Program-made: the position numbers and the translations under genes
In this document: positions 55,838 to 64,000 of the stretch, piece by piece
Position numbering within the stretch: position 1 is the first letter of the stretch
Layout of the letters: each line of letters starts with the position of its first letter
NCBI GenBank assembly: GCA_963805625.1
Contig: CAWDVE010000013.1
Span: 512,001-576,000, forward strand
Reading direction: 5' to 3'
Origin: an uncultured Candidatus Rokubacteria bacterium
Lineage (GTDB): Bacteria; Methylomirabilota; Methylomirabilia; Rokubacteriales; DASRDR01
Length of the DNA: 64,000 bases
The notes under the pieces: generated by a model
The model's database searches: none
Told to the model about the DNA's origin: nothing
What the model saw: only the letters and a program-made list of their open reading frames with translations

Positions 55838-56824
55838 ATGACCGCGCGCCGCGTCCTCATCACCGTGCCCCACACCTATCAGCGCGACGCCCCCTACCTC
55901 GGGCGTCTCGAGGCCGCCGGGCTCGAAGTCGAGCGCCGCATCGGCCGCCACGGCAAGATGACGGAGGACGAGCTGCGGGAGGCCCTGCCCGGCGTCTTCG
56001 CCACGCTCGCGAGCAGCGAGCCCTACACCGAGCGCGTGTTCCGATCGGCTCCCGACCTCCGCGTCGTCGCCCGCTGGGGCGTGGGCTTCGACGCGATCGA
56101 CGTAGACGCCGCGACCCGCCACGGCGTAGTCGTGTGCACCGCGGTGGGCGCCAACCACGAGGCGGTGGCGGACTACGCGGTGTCCCTGATGTGTGCGCTC
56201 CAGCGGGGACTCCTGCGGAACCACCACCTGATCACGGGCGGGCAGTGGAAGACCGAGTTCCGGCCGGGTCTCTGGCGCGCCACGGTCGGGGTCGTCGGCC
56301 TGGGCCGCATCGGCCAGGCGGTCGTTCGCCGGTGCCGCGGCTTCTCGATGACGATCCTCGCCTACGAGCCCTACCCTGATCGGGACTTCGTGCGCGAGCA
56401 TGGCGTGGAGCTCGTGTCGCTGGAGGAGCTCCTCCGCCGCGCCGACCTCGTGACCCTCCACTGCCCCGCGACGGCCGAGAACCGGCACCTGATCAACCGC
56501 GAGCGCTTGGCCCTGATGAAGCCCACCGCCCACCTCGTCAACACCGCGCGAGGGCCGCTCATCGACGAGAGCGCACTCCACGAGGCGCTGGTCACCGGCC
56601 GGATCGCGGGCGCCGGGCTCGACGTGTTCGAGAAGGAGCCGCTGTTCGACTCCGCCCTGTTCGGCCTCGACAACGTCGTGCTGAGCCCTCACGTGGCAGG
56701 GATCGACGAGACGTCCGAGGTCGCGATGGCGGACCGCGCCATCGACGCGATCCTGGCGGTCTGGCGAGGCGAGGCCCCGCCGAAGGAGTGCGTCGTCAAT
56801 CCCGAGGCGATCCACCCGCGCTGA
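55838..56824 (+). CDS. Phosphoglycerate dehydrogenase-like D-2-hydroxyacid dehydrogenase
   Basis: RWGVGFD, GVVGLGRIG, LHCP, VNTARG, DVFEKEP, SPHVAG. Confidence 0.9.
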   Translation: MTARRVLITVPHTYQRDAPYLGRLEAAGLEVERRIGRHGKMTEDELREALPGVFATLASSEPYTERVFRSAPDLRVVARWGVGFDAIDVDAATRHGVVVCTAVGANHEAVADYAVSLMCALQRGLLRNHHLITGGQWKTEFRPGLWRATVGVVGLGRIGQAVVRRCRGFSMTILAYEPYPDRDFVREHGVELVSLEELLRRADLVTLHCPATAENRHLINRERLALMKPTAHLVNTARGPLIDESALHEALVTGRIAGAGLDVFEKEPLFDSALFGLDNVVLSPHVAGIDETSEVAMADRAIDAILAVWRGEAPPKECVVNPEAIHPR

Positions 56825-56873
56825 CCGCAGGGCGTCCGGCCGCGCAGTGTCCCTGAGCGCTTCCGGCGGGACG

Positions 56874-58025
56874 ATGTCGACGTTCGAGCTGCTCCTCGAC
56901 TGCGTCACCGCTCCGCGGCGGGACGAAGCGCGCGCGCGGCTCCGCCGGCGGCTCGGCGGGCCGATCGACTGGGATGCGGTGCTGGACTCCGCGCGCCGGC
57001 ACGGGATCACGCCGCTCGTCTACCTGGAGCTGCGCGCCGCGCCCGACGGTCTCGTGCCGCCCGACGCGCTCGCACGGCTGCAGGCCTTCCACTCCGGGAA
57101 CACGCGCCGCTGCCTCCTCCTCACCGGATGGCTCCGGCGTGCTGTCGACGCTCTCGCGGCCGCGGGCGTCCAGGCGATTCCCTACAAGGGGCCCGTGCTC
57201 GCGGCGCTCGCATATGGGAGCATCGCCAGCCGCCAGGCCGGTGACCTCGACATCCTGATCGATCCCGGGGACCTCGGCACCGCCAAGGAGGCGCTCCACG
57301 CGGAAGGATTCCGGGCGCAGATCCCGCTCGAGGGCTGGCAGGAGCAACAGCTGGTGCGGTCCGCGCACCCCTACGGCCTCGTCCGGGACCATGAGGGCAT
57401 CGTGCTCGAGCTCCACTGGAGCGTCTCTCCGCGGTCCCTCTCGGCCGGTCTGGGCGGGAAGCTCCCGCGCGAGCGGCTCGAGGAGGTGGCGGCGGCGGGC
57501 ACGACCTTTCTCACGCTCCCGGTGGACGTGCTCCTCGTCGCGCTGTGCGTCCATGGCGCCAAGCACGTGTGGGAACGGCTCGGCTGGATCGTGGACGTGG
57601 CGGAGCTGATCCGGAGGCGGCCGGGACTCGACTGGGCCGGGGTGCTTGCCCGCGCCGGCGAGGCAGGTCACCTGCGAGAGCTCCTGCTCGGCTGCCTCCT
57701 GGCGCGGGACCTCCTGGGCACGGATCTGCCCGAGATCCTGTGCCGCCGCCTCGCCGCCGATCCATGGCTCCCGGCGCTCGCGCGCGTGGCTCGCGCCCAG
57801 CTCGCCCTCACGGCTCACGGGCGCCTCGGTATCGCCGAGACGGCGCGGTTCCACCTCGGGGTCCGCGGAACCTGGCGCGACCGCCTCGCCTACTTCCGGT
57901 TCGCGATGATGCCGACCGTGGCCGACTGGACGGCCGTCCCGCTACCGCGGTGGCTCGCGCCCCTCCACTATCCCCTGCGGGCGGCGCGCCTGCTCCGGGG
58001 CGGGGCGTCCCACGGTCACCACTGA
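56874..58025 (+). CDS. Nucleotidyltransferase family protein (NTP_transf_5-like)
   Basis: YKGPVLA..AYG...R.AGDLDILI, LELHW, VHGAKH.W..L.W..D. Confidence 0.82.
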   Translation: MSTFELLLDCVTAPRRDEARARLRRRLGGPIDWDAVLDSARRHGITPLVYLELRAAPDGLVPPDALARLQAFHSGNTRRCLLLTGWLRRAVDALAAAGVQAIPYKGPVLAALAYGSIASRQAGDLDILIDPGDLGTAKEALHAEGFRAQIPLEGWQEQQLVRSAHPYGLVRDHEGIVLELHWSVSPRSLSAGLGGKLPRERLEEVAAAGTTFLTLPVDVLLVALCVHGAKHVWERLGWIVDVAELIRRRPGLDWAGVLARAGEAGHLRELLLGCLLARDLLGTDLPEILCRRLAADPWLPALARVARAQLALTAHGRLGIAETARFHLGVRGTWRDRLAYFRFAMMPTVADWTAVPLPRWLAPLHYPLRAARLLRGGASHGHH

Positions 58026-58069
58026 CTGAGCGCCCGTCAAGGGAGGCTCGGTGCGGGTGGACGGCGGCG

Positions 58070-59038
58070 TCAGGGGATCAGGAGGACCTTGCCGGTCGTC
58101 CGGCGCCCTTCCAGGTCCCGGTGCGCCTGGGCGGCCTCGGCGAGCGGGAACGTCGCGCCGATGCGGAGCTTGAGCTCGCCCTTCTGGATCCAGCCGAGGA
58201 CTTCGCCGGCGCGCTGCACGAGGTCGTCCCGCGACGCGATGTAGTGGGAGAGGTTCGGCCGGGTGAGGAAGAGCGAGCCCTTGGCGTTCAGCACCTGGGG
58301 GTCGAGCGGCGCCACCGGCCCGCTCGATGCCCCGTAGAGCACCATGTACCCGCGCGGGGCCAGGCAGTTGAATCCCTTCTCGAAGGTGTCCCGGCCCACC
58401 GAGTCATAAACGACCTGGACCCCCTTCCCGCCGGTCAGCCGCTTCACCTCGGCCTCGAAGTCCTGGCGCGTGTAGAGGATCACGTCGTGCGCGCCTGCCT
58501 CGTGCGCGAGCTTCGCCTTGTCCTCCGTGGAGACGGTCCCGATGACCCGGGCGCCCGCGCGCTTCGCCATCTGGCACAGGAGGAGGCCGACGCCCCCCGC
58601 CGCCGCGTGGACCAGGCACGTGTCCCCGGGCTTCAGCGGGTAGGTCGAGTGGGCGAGGTAGTGAGCCGTCATGCCCTGGAGCATCGCGGACGCCCCCGCG
58701 CGCGCGTCGACCCCGGCGGGCAGCGCGACGACCCGGTCGGCCGGCACGACGTTGTGGGTCGCGTACGATCCCGGCACACCGGTCCACGCGACACGGTCCC
58801 CGCCGTGCACGGTGGTGACCCCGGATCCCCGCGCCTCGACCACGCCCGCCCCTTCGAGTCCAAGGGGAACCGGGAGCTGGCCCTTGTAGAGCCCGGAGCG
58901 CTGGTAGACGTCGATGAAGTTCACGCCGGCCGCCTCGAGACGGACGAGGACCTGGCCGTCACCGGGCTTGGGCATGGGCAGTTCCTCGAGCCGCATGGCC
59001 TCCGGACCGCCGTACTCGTGGACGCGGATCGCACGCAT
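58070..59038 (-). CDS. qor: NADPH:quinone oxidoreductase (zeta-crystallin/MDR family)
   Basis: GVNFIDVY, LQGMTAHYL, HAAAGGVG, YDSVG, GSLFLTRP, TTGKVLL. Confidence 0.92.
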   Translation of the reverse strand: MRAIRVHEYGGPEAMRLEELPMPKPGDGQVLVRLEAAGVNFIDVYQRSGLYKGQLPVPLGLEGAGVVEARGSGVTTVHGGDRVAWTGVPGSYATHNVVPADRVVALPAGVDARAGASAMLQGMTAHYLAHSTYPLKPGDTCLVHAAAGGVGLLLCQMAKRAGARVIGTVSTEDKAKLAHEAGAHDVILYTRQDFEAEVKRLTGGKGVQVVYDSVGRDTFEKGFNCLAPRGYMVLYGASSGPVAPLDPQVLNAKGSLFLTRPNLSHYIASRDDLVQRAGEVLGWIQKGELKLRIGATFPLAEAAQAHRDLEGRRTTGKVLLIP

Positions 59039-59091
59039 CAGGGAACCCTCCTCGTGGTATTGGCTCGTCGGGCCGGCTTGCGGCGCGGGCG

Positions 59092-59604
59092 CTAGCGCCG
59101 CCGCCCGCGGCGAGGGCGCGCGCGACGCCGCCGGGACGCCGCCGCCCGCCGGGGCTTGCTGCGCTCGGCGGCGGCCGCCGCCAGGAGCCGCTTCGCCTGG
59201 CGCCGCCCGAGCCGGCGGAGACCGACGAGCGCCGCGCGATTCTTCCCCGCCGGCGTGGCGCGGCCCTGCTCCCACTGGACGACGGCGGCGGGACTCACGC
59301 CCACTAGGCGCGCCACCGCCGCCTGGCTTAGAGCGAGCCGCTGCCGGAGCTTCCGGATGAGACCGGGCGACAGCCGCGCGGCCCGTGCCTCGTCCTCGGA
59401 CACCGCGGGCTGCCACCCGCGGCCCGCGAGGGACTCCGTCCAGCGCGCCGCCACCTCGCGGAGCGCCCCGACCTGCGCGCGCAGCTCCCGCACCGCCTGA
59501 CGCAGCCGCCGCACGTCACGCCGGAGGGGCGTCGCCACGCTCCGGATGTGCTTGCGCGCACCGCGCGCGATCGCGTCCTTGATTGCCATCTCGATTTTGG
59601 CCAA
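59092..59604 (-). CDS. XRE-family HTH DNA-binding protein with N-terminal coiled coil and Arg-rich tail
   Basis: GGAGGAG RBS plus TTG; IRKLRQRLALSQAAVARLVGVSPAAVVQWEQGRATP. Confidence 0.85.
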   Translation of the reverse strand: MAKIEMAIKDAIARGARKHIRSVATPLRRDVRRLRQAVRELRAQVGALREVAARWTESLAGRGWQPAVSEDEARAARLSPGLIRKLRQRLALSQAAVARLVGVSPAAVVQWEQGRATPAGKNRAALVGLRRLGRRQAKRLLAAAAAERSKPRRAAASRRRRARPRRGRRR

Positions 59605-59751
59605 GCCGGGCTCCTCCGGGATTCTCGCGTTGAGTCAAGCGATTCGTCGCGTTCGACGAGTCGACGCTAGCAGCGAGGGATGGGGCTTGTCAAACGACGG
59701 GTGCGGCGGGCGATCCGGAGACCCTTCGCGGGCTTGGCGCGTTAGAATCGT

Positions 59752-59911
59752 CCGGGACTACTACGACCTCGCCGCTGGCCGACGGCTCGAGATCGAGACG
59801 CTCAACGGAACGGTCGTTCGGCTCGGCCGGGAGCGCGGCGTCCCCACCCCGGCCAACTTCGCCGTCTATGCGGCGCTCAAGCCGTACGCGGCCGGCGCGC
59901 CGGCCGCCTGA
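59752..59911 (+). pseudogene. C-terminal remnant of a ketopantoate reductase (PanE/ApbA)
   Basis: YYDLAAGRRLEIETLNGTVVRLGRERGVPTPANFAVYAALKP; no N-terminal Rossmann domain. Confidence 0.75.
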
Positions 59912-60061
59912 GCCCCCGGCGTGAGGAGCCGCGACCCGCGCGGGCGCCGGGCGCGGAACAGGCCCGCTCCCCGCTGACGCCCGCGTGCTAGGATGGGGCA
60001 TCCGCGCCCCGGGCGCGGGAGCCCGCGGCGCACGTGCCCCCCGCGCCGGAAGGAGTCGCGC

Positions 60062-61234
60062 ATGTCCGGTCGGCCGTTCCTGCAGATCCCCGGCCCCACC
60101 CTCGTTCCCGAGCGGATCGTGCGCGCCATGTCACAGTCGATCATCGACCACCGCGGTCCGAAGTTCGCGGCGCTGGTCGGCGAGATCCTCGCCGGGCTGA
60201 GGACCGTGTTCCAGACCGAGCGTGGCCAGGCGATCCTGTACCCGGGCTCGGGCACGGGCGGCTGGGAGGCGGCCGTCGTCAACACGCTGTCTCCCGGTGA
60301 CCGGGTCCTCGGGGTCGTCAACGGCCACTTCTCGAACCACTTCTGCCGGACCGCCGCGGCGCTCGGCATCGAGGTGGACCGCCTCGAGGTGCCCTACGGC
60401 GACGGCGTGCCCGCGGCGCGCGTGGCCGAGCGGCTCCGCGCCGACTCGACCCACCAGGTGCGGGCGGTCCTCGTGGTCCACAACGAGACCTCGACGGGCG
60501 TGACGAGCGACATCGCGGCGGTGCGCCGGACCCTCGACGAGGCGCGCCACCCGGCGCTGCTCCTCGTCGACGTCGTCTCGTCCCTGGCGTCGATCGACTT
60601 CCGGTTCGACGAGTGGGGAGTGGACGTCGCCCTCACGGGCCCCCAGAAGGGGCTCATGCTCCCGCCCGGGCTCACGATCCTGGCGGCGAGCGAGCGGGCC
60701 ATCCGCGCGAGCCAGGCCGCCAAGTGCCCGCGCGCCTACTGGGACTGGGGACCGGTGCTCGAGCGGAACAAGCGCGGCGAGTTCCCCTACACGCCCGCCA
60801 CCGCGCTCCTCTTCGGCCTCCGCGAGTCGATCGCCATGCTGGAGGAGGAGGGCTTGCCGCAGGTGTTCCGGCGCCACGCGCGGCTGGCCGAGGCCTGCCG
60901 GCGCGCCGTCCGGGCCCTCGGGCTCGGGATCCTGTGCCGCGACGAGCGCGAGCACTCGAACACGCTGACCGCCGTGGTCATGCCGCCCGGCTTCGATTCG
61001 GACGCGTACATCGTCCACGCCAACCGGACGCTCGACATGTCGCTCGGCATCGGGCTGGGCGAGGTCAAGGGCAAGGTGTTCAGGATCGGCCACCTGGGGA
61101 GCCTGAACGAGCTGGAGCTCCTCGCCGGGCTGGCCGGCGTGGAGATGACCCTCAAGAGTTTCGGCGTGCCGGTGACCCTCGGAGCGGGGGTCGCCGCCGC
61201 CCAGTCGTACCTGATGGAGAGCCGACCGAACTGA
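60062..61234 (+). CDS. Serine-glyoxylate / alanine-glyoxylate aminotransferase (class V PLP)
   Basis: AAGGAG RBS; QIPGPT, DHRG, SGTGGWEAA, VHNETSTG, VDVVSS, GPQKGLMLPPG, FRIGHLG. Confidence 0.92.
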   Translation: MSGRPFLQIPGPTLVPERIVRAMSQSIIDHRGPKFAALVGEILAGLRTVFQTERGQAILYPGSGTGGWEAAVVNTLSPGDRVLGVVNGHFSNHFCRTAAALGIEVDRLEVPYGDGVPAARVAERLRADSTHQVRAVLVVHNETSTGVTSDIAAVRRTLDEARHPALLLVDVVSSLASIDFRFDEWGVDVALTGPQKGLMLPPGLTILAASERAIRASQAAKCPRAYWDWGPVLERNKRGEFPYTPATALLFGLRESIAMLEEEGLPQVFRRHARLAEACRRAVRALGLGILCRDEREHSNTLTAVVMPPGFDSDAYIVHANRTLDMSLGIGLGEVKGKVFRIGHLGSLNELELLAGLAGVEMTLKSFGVPVTLGAGVAAAQSYLMESRPN

Positions 61235-61332
61235 CCAGGAGACCGTCGCGTCCCCCCGGGCCGAGGGCCGTCCAGACGGTCCGGAGGCCCGAGGCGCGAC
61301 GGCGAGCTCACCGAGCCAAAGGAGACGCCCCC

Positions 61333-62463
61333 ATGAAAGGCCGCCTCGCCGTCATGACGAAGTTCAGTGCCGACTTCGACATCCGGGAGTACACCGTCCC
61401 GGAGGTCGAGCCCGACGCCGCCCTGGTCCGGATCACGCGCGGTGGGATCTGCGGGTCGGACCTCCACATCTGGCGTGGTGAGCTCCAGGACCTCATCGGG
61501 GCGCCGGATCGCGGCCAGACCTTCGGCCACGAGATGTGCGGCGTGATCGAGCGGCTCGGGAAGAACGTCACGACCGATTCGACGGGTGCCCCCCTCAAGG
61601 AGGGGGACCGGGTCACCTATTGCTACTTCTACCCGTGCGGACGCTGCCCCGCCTGCCTCGACGGGCATCGGGCCGCCTGCCCGAACAAGCGGCGCGGGAC
61701 GCGGTACGCGGACGACCCGCCGCACTTCGTGGGCTCCTACGGGGAGTACTTCTACCTGCGCCCCGGCCACTTCGTGTACCGGGTGCCCGACAGCATCTCC
61801 GACGACGTGGCCACGCCGGTCAACTGTGCTCTCGCCCAGGTCCTGTACGGGCTGGACCGCGTGCGCGTCCGGGTCGGGGACACGGTCGTCCTCCAGGGCG
61901 CGGGCGGGCTCGGGCTCAACGCCGCCGCCGTCGCCAAGGAGATGGGCGCAGCGCAGGTCATCGTCATCGATCAGATCCCGGAGCGGCTCGAGCTCGCCCG
62001 GCGGTTCGGCGCCGACCACACGCTGAGCCTCCAGGAGCTCTCCCGGCCCGAGGACCGCGTGGCGGCGGTGAAGGAGCTCACGCGGGGCTGGGGCGCCGAC
62101 ATCGTCTGCGACTTCGTCGGGTTCCCAAGCGTCATCCCCGAGGGCCTCCAGATGCTGAAGAGCGGGGGCACCTATCTCGAGATCGGCCACATCAGCCCAG
62201 GGCACAAGTTCGAGTTCCACCCGGCGTCCATCGTCTGGCGGTCCCAGACGATCGTCGGCATGATCCAGTACGAGCCGTGGGCGATCCAGCGAGGCCTCAC
62301 GTTCCTCGAGCAGAACCAGCGGAAGTACCCGTTCACCGAGGTGATCTCGCACGTCTACCCGCTGGAGAAGATCAGCGAGGCGTTCCGCGAGGCGGAATGG
62401 CTGGGTCGCCAGCACAGCCCGCACAAGATCAGCCGCGCGGCGATCGCGCCCTGGGGCAAGTGA
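61333..62463 (+). CDS. Zinc-binding alcohol dehydrogenase (MDR family)
   Basis: AAAGGAG RBS; GICGSDLH, GHE, CGRCPAC..C, QGAGGLG. Confidence 0.92.
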   Translation: MKGRLAVMTKFSADFDIREYTVPEVEPDAALVRITRGGICGSDLHIWRGELQDLIGAPDRGQTFGHEMCGVIERLGKNVTTDSTGAPLKEGDRVTYCYFYPCGRCPACLDGHRAACPNKRRGTRYADDPPHFVGSYGEYFYLRPGHFVYRVPDSISDDVATPVNCALAQVLYGLDRVRVRVGDTVVLQGAGGLGLNAAAVAKEMGAAQVIVIDQIPERLELARRFGADHTLSLQELSRPEDRVAAVKELTRGWGADIVCDFVGFPSVIPEGLQMLKSGGTYLEIGHISPGHKFEFHPASIVWRSQTIVGMIQYEPWAIQRGLTFLEQNQRKYPFTEVISHVYPLEKISEAFREAEWLGRQHSPHKISRAAIAPWGK

Positions 62464-62497
62464 GGGCGGTCCGACCGCGGATGGCCCTCGGGAGCGA

Positions 62498-62797
62498 GTG
62501 ATGCCGGCCGAACGCATCGAAAACTGGATGATGGAAGAAGTGAAGAAGTTCATGGAGCAGGCGTTTCTCGAGAGCACGGTGGACTACTTCCCCCGGGGGA
62601 ACGGCTCCGCGGTGCTCTTCCGGGCCGAGGGACGGCCGTCACATACGGAACCGCGGAGGCTCCTCCATCAGCTCTGGATCGACAAGAGCTTCTTCCTGCG
62701 CTGTGCCGACCGCACCAGCCTGCAGAACGCCCTCGAGGGGGCCGACGTGATGGTATCGATGAAGAAGGCCGGCGACAAGATCGTGGAGCTCCATTGA
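62498..62797 (+). CDS. Hypothetical protein
   Basis: Natural amino-acid composition, GGAG RBS, stop overlaps the next gene. Confidence 0.65.
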   Translation: MMPAERIENWMMEEVKKFMEQAFLESTVDYFPRGNGSAVLFRAEGRPSHTEPRRLLHQLWIDKSFFLRCADRTSLQNALEGADVMVSMKKAGDKIVELH

Positions 62798-63393
62798 GGA
62801 AGCCCGGCCGGCGGGCCGCGTCGTCCCCCCGGAGCCGAAGGCCGCCCGCTCGGCCGAAGGTCCGACGTCTGGCGGCAAATCGAACGCCCAACCGCCTCGC
62901 GTTCCGCCCGGCCGCCCGGACCGACGTCCCGACGATCCTCGGCCTGATCCGGGGCATCGCCGAGTACGAGCGCCTAGCGCACGAGGTCGAGGCCACCGAG
63001 TCCTTGCTCCACGAGCACGGCTTCGGGCCGCGTCGCGTCTTCGAGGCGATCCTGGCCGAGCGCGAGGGGCGGGCGGTGGGATTCGCCCTCTACTTCTTCA
63101 CCTTCTCGACCTTCACGGGTCGGCCGACGCTCTACCTCGAGGATCTCTTTGTCGTCCCCGAAGAGCGGCGGGGTGGCATCGGCAGCCGCCTGCTGACTCG
63201 TCTCGCCCAGATCGCGGTCGAGCGGGATTGCGGTCGGATGGAGTGGTCGGTTCTCGACTGGAACACGCCGGCCCGGGACCTGTACCTCAAGCTCGGCGCC
63301 AAGTCGATGGACGAGTGGACGGTCTTCCGCATGACGCCCGAGGCCTTCGGCCGCCTCGCGCGCGAGGGCGTGACGGGCGGATCATCGGAATAG
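62794..63393 (+). CDS. GNAT acetyltransferase (diamine N-acetyltransferase-like)
   Basis: IAEYE, VGFALYF..FSTF.G...LYLEDLFV...RRGGIG, EWSVLDWN.PA. Confidence 0.9.
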   Translation: MRKPGRRAASSPRSRRPPARPKVRRLAANRTPNRLAFRPAARTDVPTILGLIRGIAEYERLAHEVEATESLLHEHGFGPRRVFEAILAEREGRAVGFALYFFTFSTFTGRPTLYLEDLFVVPEERRGGIGSRLLTRLAQIAVERDCGRMEWSVLDWNTPARDLYLKLGAKSMDEWTVFRMTPEAFGRLAREGVTGGSSE

Positions 63394-63465
63394 CCGGCTC
63401 GCGGCCGCAGCCGGGCAAAACCGGATGCTTGGGCGACGACGGCGCTTGCTACGTTCCACCCCACC

Positions 63466-64000
63466 ATGATCGGCTCTCCTCCCGATTCCGGCGCGCCCTC
63501 GACGGTCCCCCGCAGAAGGGTGCCGGCGAGACGGGGCGCCGCCCGCTTCCTCGTCCCGGCATTCGTCCTCCTGATCGCGTCGCTCACCCCGAAGGCCGAG
63601 GCGCAGCCTGGTAGGGTCTGGCGGGTCGCCGTGCTCACCGGCGCCGTGCCGCGAGAGGCCCCGGCGCCGCACGCCCTGGAGCAGCGGCTGGCCGAGCTGG
63701 GCTACGTCGAAGGCAAGAACCTCCTCATCGACTTCCGTACCGCGGGGGGGCAGCTCGACCGGCTACCGGCGCTGGCCGCCGAGCTGGTAGGCCGCAGGCC
63801 GGATGTCATCGTCGCGATCTCCACGCAAGCTGGGATCGCCTTGAAGAACGCGACCCGACAAATCCCTATTGTCCTCGCCGCCGCCGGGGACCCGGTGGGA
63901 ACGGGAATCGTTCCCAGCCTGGCGAGGCCGGGGGGGAACATCACCGGCGTATCGCTGCTCAACGCCGAGCTGAGTGGCAAGGCGTTGCAGCTCCTGAGGG
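63466..64000 (+). CDS. ABC transporter substrate-binding protein (ABC_sub_bind type), runs off the window end
   Basis: AEAQ..RVWRVAVL, LAELGYVEGKNLLIDFR, LPALAAELV...PDVIV, ATRQIPIV...GDPVGTG...SLARPGGNITG. Confidence 0.88.
   Translation, partial: MIGSPPDSGAPSTVPRRRVPARRGAARFLVPAFVLLIASLTPKAEAQPGRVWRVAVLTGAVPREAPAPHALEQRLAELGYVEGKNLLIDFRTAGGQLDRLPALAAELVGRRPDVIVAISTQAGIALKNATRQIPIVLAAAGDPVGTGIVPSLARPGGNITGVSLLNAELSGKALQLLR

Noticed and set aside
1-64000. CRISPR arrays, tRNA/rRNA, integrases, transposases, known defence systems
   Set aside because: I saw no regularly spaced repeats, RNA-gene signatures or such protein motifs by eye; a covariance-model scan was not possible.

Overview
A very GC-rich (roughly 70% or more by eye), gene-dense bacterial chromosomal segment. 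Its gene content and style (many ABC solute-binding proteins, a Mo-hydroxylase, LLM and enolase-family catabolic enzymes) suggest a soil organism such as Candidatus Rokubacteria; this is an inference only. I found no rRNA, tRNA, CRISPR array, integrase or transposase. About 60 CDS are mostly catabolic, transport or envelope genes. Highlights: (1) a compact putative biosynthetic cluster, ACP - stand-alone condensation/acyltransferase - adenylate ligase - flavin-dependent halogenase-like enzyme, abutting a SAM methyltransferase and a DAHP synthase (48.0-53.3 kb); (2) a divergent ureABC that keeps all metal ligands but has a remodelled substrate loop and flap and no accessory genes (5.2-7.6 kb); (3) two very divergent MTAP/PNP-family paralogs, one heading an NMT1/THI5-type ABC operon; (4) a beta-CASP nuclease that appears to start at a non-canonical ATT after a strong Shine-Dalgarno; (5) many collapsed gene remnants and one clearly low-quality or chimeric stretch (15.6-17.6 kb). 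Because of (5), some frameshifts may be assembly errors. All calls come from motif reading; no database searches were run.
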